A stretch of DNA of 64,000 nucleotides from contig CAVNZM010000006.1 of NCBI GenBank assembly GCA_963693365.1, positions 868,001 to 932,000 of the forward strand, given 5' to 3'. The notes below the pieces were generated by a model. That model did not search any database. It saw only the letters and a program-made list of their open reading frames with translations, and was not told where the DNA came from. The position numbers and the translations under genes were made by a program. Shown here in pieces: positions 58,175-64,000 of the stretch (the first letter of the stretch is position 1; every line of letters starts with the position of its first letter). Source of the stretch: Amoebidium appalachense. Taxonomy: Eukaryota; Protista; Ichthyosporea.

Positions 58175-58208
<34 letters not shown>

Positions 58209-58312
58209 TGTTTGACAGTCCACTAACCCTCGCCTTGGCCTCTTTCAACACACCTGCACACCCACATACATTTTCATTACCGCTCTACCCCTCACCCCGC
58301 ATCCCTTTCTCA

Positions 58313-58343
<31 letters not shown>

Positions 58344-59930
58344 CACACACGCACGCACACACACACACACGCACGCACGCACACACACAGTCAGGCAAGC
58401 TGGGCTCGTGTGTAGCCGACTACACGGACTGCTACGGTGACGTACGTGTGGCGCTCTGCCTCTCCTCTCTTGGGCTCAAGCTGACTGGTTCTGAGGACTT
58501 TCAGCGCAGCAGTATTCCCCACATAGACAACGACCCCGTGTGGCACCCGGCATACACTGCCCCCCCATGCGGCCGGCCTCTGTCCAGCCCCGGGCAGACA
58601 ATGCAGTCGATGCTGTCACTGGCCATGGCTGAGCAGATGACTAGGAGGGTCGGCAAGACCATGACTTATGCTACCCTCAGGTCCGTGATGGGCAGGGTTG
58701 AAGAGGGGGGGGGAGAGGGGGGAGGGGGGAAGGGTGTGTAGGCGGTTATTTTTGTGTGTGTTGTGTTGGGAGGGGGGGGGGGGGGGGGGGGGGGGATTGG
58801 GGGGCGGGGCGCAGAAGGGGACGAGGGAGGGGGGAGACGGGACAACGTCCTGTGGCCGAAGAGGGATGCCTGGGGGACAATAGGGGGGGGGGGGGGGGGG
58901 AGGGCTTAGGAGGGGGGAAGGGGGTGGGGAGGTGGGGGATTTGGGGTAGGGGGAGGGGGGTAGGGGGGTAGTTCCCACAGGAGGATGGTTAAGTGGGTGG
59001 AAAAGAGGCCTTTGGAGGCAAAAGGTTGTGTGTGCTTTTGGGGGGGAGGGGGAGGGGGGGGGGGGGGAGGGGGGGAGGGGGGGCCTTCTGGGTAGGGTGC
59101 TCTAACAAAAGAAACCATACGTGCACTCGAGTGTGTGGTGGTGGTTGTTGAAGGAGACACTAAGAGAGAGAGAGATCATGGGGGGTTGGAGGAGAAGATG
59201 GAGGGGGTGGGGGGAAAGGGGTGGAGGTTTGGGGGGGGGGGGGGGGGGGAGGGGGGAAGGCAATACAACTTCTGTTTTGATCGTGAGCCGTGTATAATAA
59301 GTAGGTGCATGGTTCTCAATGGAAAGTAGAAGATACACAGGAAGGGGGGCGGGTGAATGGCTGGAAAGGGGGGAAGAGGGGAGGGAGGAAAGGGGAGGGA
59401 ATGATACAAAATCTCACATTTTTAAGTGAAAAAAGCCTATCTCCTGCAACACATGTGCATATAAACGCAAACACACACACACACACTCACCCACTCACTC
59501 GACTCGCTCGTTAACTCGTTAACTCGTTAACTCCGAGGTTCTATGTTGCAAACTCAAAACAAGCTCCAAAAACACCCACCATCTACCCATTTCCACACTG
59601 TCCCTCTGCCTTCGACTCTAATCACCCACCCCATCAAACAGGACATTTCAACTTGCAGCAAACCCCAAGAAGTTCGAGCAGGTGACATGGGCAGACAAAG
59701 ACTTCACCCGCGATGGGCCCGAATACTTGTCACTTCAAGTGCGGCTGGGGACAGGTGTGGATGGGGGCACAGGGGTGGTGGACTGTGCTAGAATGTGCGA
59801 GGTGGATGCGCGGTGTAAGTCATGGAGAATCGAACCGGACCGAATGTGCTATTTGATGGATACGGTGGGGAAGAAGGTGGGAAAGAAGGGCTACTACTGC
59901 GGTGAGCCCTATGTGTGCAGGAACGCATAG
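55055..59930 (+). CDS. Fringe/C1GalT-like (GT31) glycosyltransferase with C-terminal PAN/Apple-like domain, 5 exons, about 486 aa
   Basis: Exons 55055 (or 55148)-55458, 55992-56325, 57454-57597, 58391-58680, 59642-59930, in phase. Type II anchor WVNFLGVTLFVMFVYL; YPYADWYMVVNGDTYVFAENL; DPSKPMYIG; YAGGVAPIILSRAAV; YGDVRVALCL; C-terminal CARMCEVDARCKSW...CYLM...YYCG. Confidence 0.8.
56986..57123 (+). repeat. Intronic dispersed element, subfamily A
   Basis: CTGAGGATGGGCTCTGCTTATTCTG...GATACTTGAATTTTTG...CTCATCGTGTAGTTGTGCT...TTCAACCCCC. Confidence 0.85.
57278..57408 (+). repeat. Intronic dispersed element, subfamily B
   Basis: GGATGACGTGGGCCCCCCCTGAGGATGGGCTCTGCTTATTATGCATACT...GCATTCAAAACCCC; near-identical to 21196-21324. 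Confidence 0.9.
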
Positions 59931-60694
59931 GGGTTGCGCATGTTTTCTTTTCTATTTGTTTGGTTCCTCGGTTTTTCTTGGTTTTTATTTCTTTTTCCCT
60001 TTTTTTTGTGGGGGGGGGGGAGGGGGGGGGGGGGGGGGGGGGGTTGGTGACTAATTTAAGTTCCAAATGAATCGCAAGTTTTAAATGAGCACCGTCCCTG
60101 GCTCTGGACAACAGGCCGGAACTGCAAATTATTGTGGTTGTGCCAACACAGGTATGCTGGAGGACTCGTGACATGTATACCAGCAGGTGTAGAAGTAGAT
60201 CACACGGTAGGGGTGTGATGAGAGTGGATTGGGGTTGTGGTAGTCGACTTTGTTGGGTTAGTGGGGGGAAGGGGGGGGGGTGTTTGTGGGGGAGGAGGGA
60301 GGGAGGGGGGGGGGGGGGGGGGGGGGGGGGGACGAATAACAAACCATATGTTTTTTACGCGAAGGACATCGTTACGTACCTTATAGGAATAATGATGCAC
60401 AGATGGTCATGTGCTGTAATGTATAATTATCGTTTTGCGGCTGAGCAAAAAGGTATGTGCGATCAAGGCATTATACATCTTTAATACTGTAAACTACCAA
60501 ACCAGAAAACGGTGTACATAAATGCAGCATGTGCCTATCTATGACATGGCTCCGTAATAAAAGCAACACTCGATTTTGAGTATCCAACTGTCTCTTCTTC
60601 GTCCTTGGATCAATAATCTTGTCTCTATAGTCACTTGCAGCACGGTGTGTATGTACATGATGTATAGTCTGTTCCTAAATGTGTTGTTTACTCT

Positions 60695-60735
<41 letters not shown>

Positions 60736-61291
60736 TTGCGCATGGGCTAAGTGTACATGTGCGCGTGTGTTTTCTAAATTTCTGGCACTGTCAGAGCAAG
60801 CAAAATTCATCAGCCTGACAGAATGAAGTGTGTGTGGGTGGGTGGGTGGGTACATTTGTGTGTGTGTGTTTGTGTGTGGAGGCGAGGAAAGGGGGGGGGG
60901 GGGAGGGGGGGGGAGGGGGGGGTCACCTAGTCTGGGGAAGGGACCGGCAGTGCAGCAGCTTGATACGGTATGTACCTGCCGGCGGTCTGGCCGACGTAAA
61001 ACCTCCCCCCCCCCCCCCCTCCCCCCCCCCCCCCCCCCTCCCCCAACCAGCAGCCCTCTTCCTTCCCGGTTCATCTACTGTAACAAATACATGCCTATGG
61101 CCATATTTTTCAACCCTGCGTCTCGCAAAATTTACAGTGCTTTAAACGAAATCGCCACCTTTCCGGCATTATGTTTATTTATAAACCCGGCTCCTTAAGC
61201 CTGCAGTAAATCTTATGTATCTCGTCATCTAATATAACTGCGGCTCTAAAGGCGCTTGAATTTTTTGTTAACCAAATTTGAAGTTAAAACG

Positions 61292-61778
61292 GGGCCCTAC
61301 CGCATCAGCAGAACAGACTTGCTGCGAAGGGCCCAACCACGTGCACATCGGCAGAGTCAACTTGCAAAAAGTAGAATTATTCTGCAAAAAGCAGAATTAT
61401 TCTGCAAAAAGAGGAATTATTCTGCAAAAGCAAGATTATTCTGCTTTGAGCAGAATCACTCTGCTTTTAGCAGAGTTAATCGGCTTTTGGTAGAATCATT
61501 CCGCAACAAGCAGAATTATTCTGCTTTTGACGTTTAACTTGCTCCAGGCAGAACAATTCTGCTTTTAGAAGAATAATTCTGCTTCTAGTATTCCGATGCT
61601 TGCAGATCAATTTTGCTTTTAGCAGATTAATTTTGCTTTTGCCGAACATTTCTGCGTTTGCCGAATATTTCTGCTCTAAATTCAAATTTTGCAGATTCTG
61701 CTTTTAGTGGAATGATTCTGCTTTTTGAAGAATAATTTTGTTCGCGAGCAAGTTGACTCGGCGGATGTGGTTGGGCCC
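61292..61778. mobile_element. Foldback/MITE with TIRs and internal palindromic ~20-bp subrepeats
   Basis: Left TIR GGGCCCAACCAC..ACATCGGCAGAGTCAACTTGC (61329), with a degenerate outer copy at 61292. Right end GCAAGTTGACTCGGCGGATGTGGTTGGGCCC (to 61778). Arrays of AAAAGCAGAATTATTCTGC that invert orientation mid-element. Confidence 0.8.
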
Positions 61779-62589
61779 TAGGGGGGTGGGAGGGGCTCGG
61801 AGAGAAGGGGCGAGGGGGGGAGGGGGAGGGGGGGAGGGGGGGGGGAAGGAATGACCCGCAGAATCGACTGGGGGGGAGGGAGGGGAGGTGCGGGTGGGGT
61901 TTGTAGACTTAGAGCCAACAGCACTCGCTCTGGACAGCAGACCTATAATTTTTTATCGTGTTTTGCTCCCGGATGACCCTTGCAGGGCCCTTAGGGCAAG
62001 GTAATTACCGTCTACCACACAACACCGACGGTACACTAGTTGGGGTATGTACGTGCTATGTGCTCACAAAGCTATGTAAGCCATATTTCACAATCCTAAC
62101 AATTAATAGCACACCCTTTGCCCAGCTGCAGGTAATACTACCCCAGCTACCGGTAGCGGGGGGCAGCAGACCGATGGCGGCACTAGGGACTCAGTGACCC
62201 CACACAAATAACCGACACGTCCGAGCTCCGGCTGCTGACACTCCCGAAACTTCAAGAGGAGTCACTTCGTCAACCTAATCTTGTGCAGGTGGGTCACAGT
62301 GTTCCAAAATGCTATGAAATGGAAGCCAGCCAATCAAAGGCCGCAGTGACGTCATTTCTTGGACAGTTCTGTACAGTGCCACGGTGTGTGGACCATGCTG
62401 TACATACGTTGGCAAGACCTCCAATTGCAAGACTTTTGATCGGTTTGGAGAATGTGTGACACCAAAAAACATTGCAGGCAGGCACATAAGCAGTGCTGCA
62501 GTGCCGCAAGTACTACAGTGTGAGTGGTACCTGAATGCCCAATCAAAATTCTGATTGCGCAAATCCTTCTGTGTAGCCGAGAGATAGCC

Positions 62590-62972
62590 CAATTCCGGAA
62601 ATAAGTGGAAATCATTTCCGGAAATTTCCATTTCCGGAAATCGGAATTTGGATGGAAATCACACCGGCCCAGATAGGTAAGTCAGAACTATTTTTCGAAT
62701 CAAAATTTTGGAAAATGGAAATGTCCGGAAATTTCCGGAAATGCCCGATTTCCATGAATAGGGTGGAAATTTCCAAAATTTCCAGGTAGCTGTGAACTTA
62801 GAGGCATTTCCATCTGATTTCCGGAAACTGGTGGATATAATATGGTGATATGTACGTGTACAAGTATCTACACAGTTTCATTCATTAGAAAGAAAAGCTT
62901 TCCCTATTTTTCTAAGGTTCCTGCATTGTCAATACACGACAATATCCACACATACTGTCTAGGTGTGTGTGT

Positions 62973-63017
<45 letters not shown>

Positions 63018-63640
63018 AAGGTGGAAATTTCCAAAAAAAATTCCAATGGCTTAGGTAAGAAGAGGGCGGATTTCCGATCATTTCCGTCTGATTTTGGAAA
63101 CTCGTGGATATCATGTGGTGATATGTGCTTGTACAAGTATTTACATAGTTTTATTCATTTTATAAAAAAGCTTTTCCTGTCGTAAATAATCTGAGGTTCC
63201 TGTGACGTATGAAGTGCTTAATGCATGCATATAATTATGCATCATCATGTAATTACTTGCAAGCACATGTGCATACAATGGATCTTTTTCAAGGAAATTT
63301 CAGGAAATTTTGCCGTTCAATGTAATGATAATACTAGCATATATAAATACGATAGGTGTTGTGGAGCTATAGGTTTCTTGGCGTTCGCCTTTCACCTTCA
63401 CATGTCATTAGTAGGCATGGGGGAACTTCGGGGGGGAGGGGGAGGGGAGGGGAGGGGGGGGGGTAGGGGGGGGGGGAGGCCTCGCAACAGGCAGAAATTT
63501 CGCCCTATCACTTTCCATGGAATTTCCAATCACTGAGCAACGTTCCCATCAAACCACTGAGGTCCTTAAAAGGCTGATTTTAGTGACTATTTTTGATTAG
63601 CGTCGGAAATTTCCGGAAACTTAAGGAAATATTTCCATTG
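62590..63640. repeat. TTTCCGGAAA/GGAAATTTCC-rich repeat region with a ~170-bp diverged direct duplication (about 62762-62922 and 63020-63202)
   Basis: Many palindromic TTCCGGAA cores. Shared blocks GGTGGAAATTTCCAAAA, TCTGATTTT.GGAAACT.GTGGATAT, GTACAAGTAT, AAAAGCTTT, AGGTTCCTG. Probably a non-autonomous DNA transposon remnant. Confidence 0.7.
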
Positions 63641-64000
63641 GATGCGACATCTGTTTACTTGGCTTGATTCATCAAGCTTTATTTAGAGATGTATTTAGGC
63701 CAACTGATTGGTTGGAATAGTGTTCCAACAATCAGTGGCCACTAGGGAGCCGACTATGGTATATAGGCGGCGACTCGTTCTACTCGTCTTATTGTTTCCC
63801 CGTCCGCCCCTACTTAGCCGTAGAGGGCCGACAGACGGCAGGAGGCTCGGCTTAGCTCGATAGGGCAGCGTGGCGCCCGGGTAGCAGCTGTCGAGCGTGA
63901 TTAGCAGTGGTGGGTAAATCTAAATAGATAGATGATTTGCGTAGGGGTGAGCGGCACCCACGGCCTGAGGGCAACTGGGCTGCGGCCCTTTCTAGTTAGG

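Noticed and set aside
62590-63640. Cluster of NF-kB/NFAT-like sites (GGAAATTTCC)
   Set aside because: The motifs sit in a duplicated repeat block, with similar sequence in a DHX34 intron (about 46845-47035). TE subterminal repeats explain this better, and no target gene is adjacent.

Overview
Eukaryotic, intron-rich, microsatellite-rich DNA. Taxon is not provable from the sequence; the gene set and style are compatible with a unicellular holozoan. Most of the supplied ORF track is low-complexity noise from (CA)n, (CT)n and poly-G/C tracts. I assembled three spliced genes by hand with consistent GT-AG phases: a 33-exon DHX34 NMD helicase (minus, 28233-50665), a 10-exon C2-TM-SMP lipid-transfer protein with an unusual domain order (9923-15884), and a 5-exon Fringe/GT31-like glycosyltransferase fused to a PAN/Apple domain (55055-59930). 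There are also two intronless genes (a type II haloacid dehalogenase and a large (alpha/alpha)6 glycoside hydrolase-like protein head-to-head with DHX34), an initiator tRNA-Met inside a DHX34 intron, two 5'-truncated non-LTR retrotransposon copies, three MITE-like elements and a 34-bp minisatellite. The most interesting signals are: (1) a ~110-140 bp dispersed element found between poly-C tracts and in sense orientation in every host intron, with two near-identical copies; (2) poly-C runs placed just after many weak 5' splice sites; (3) a spliced minus-strand gene whose in-frame stops read naturally as Trp, with no frameshift; (4) a 45-bp inverted copy of LINE coding sequence next to the LINE.
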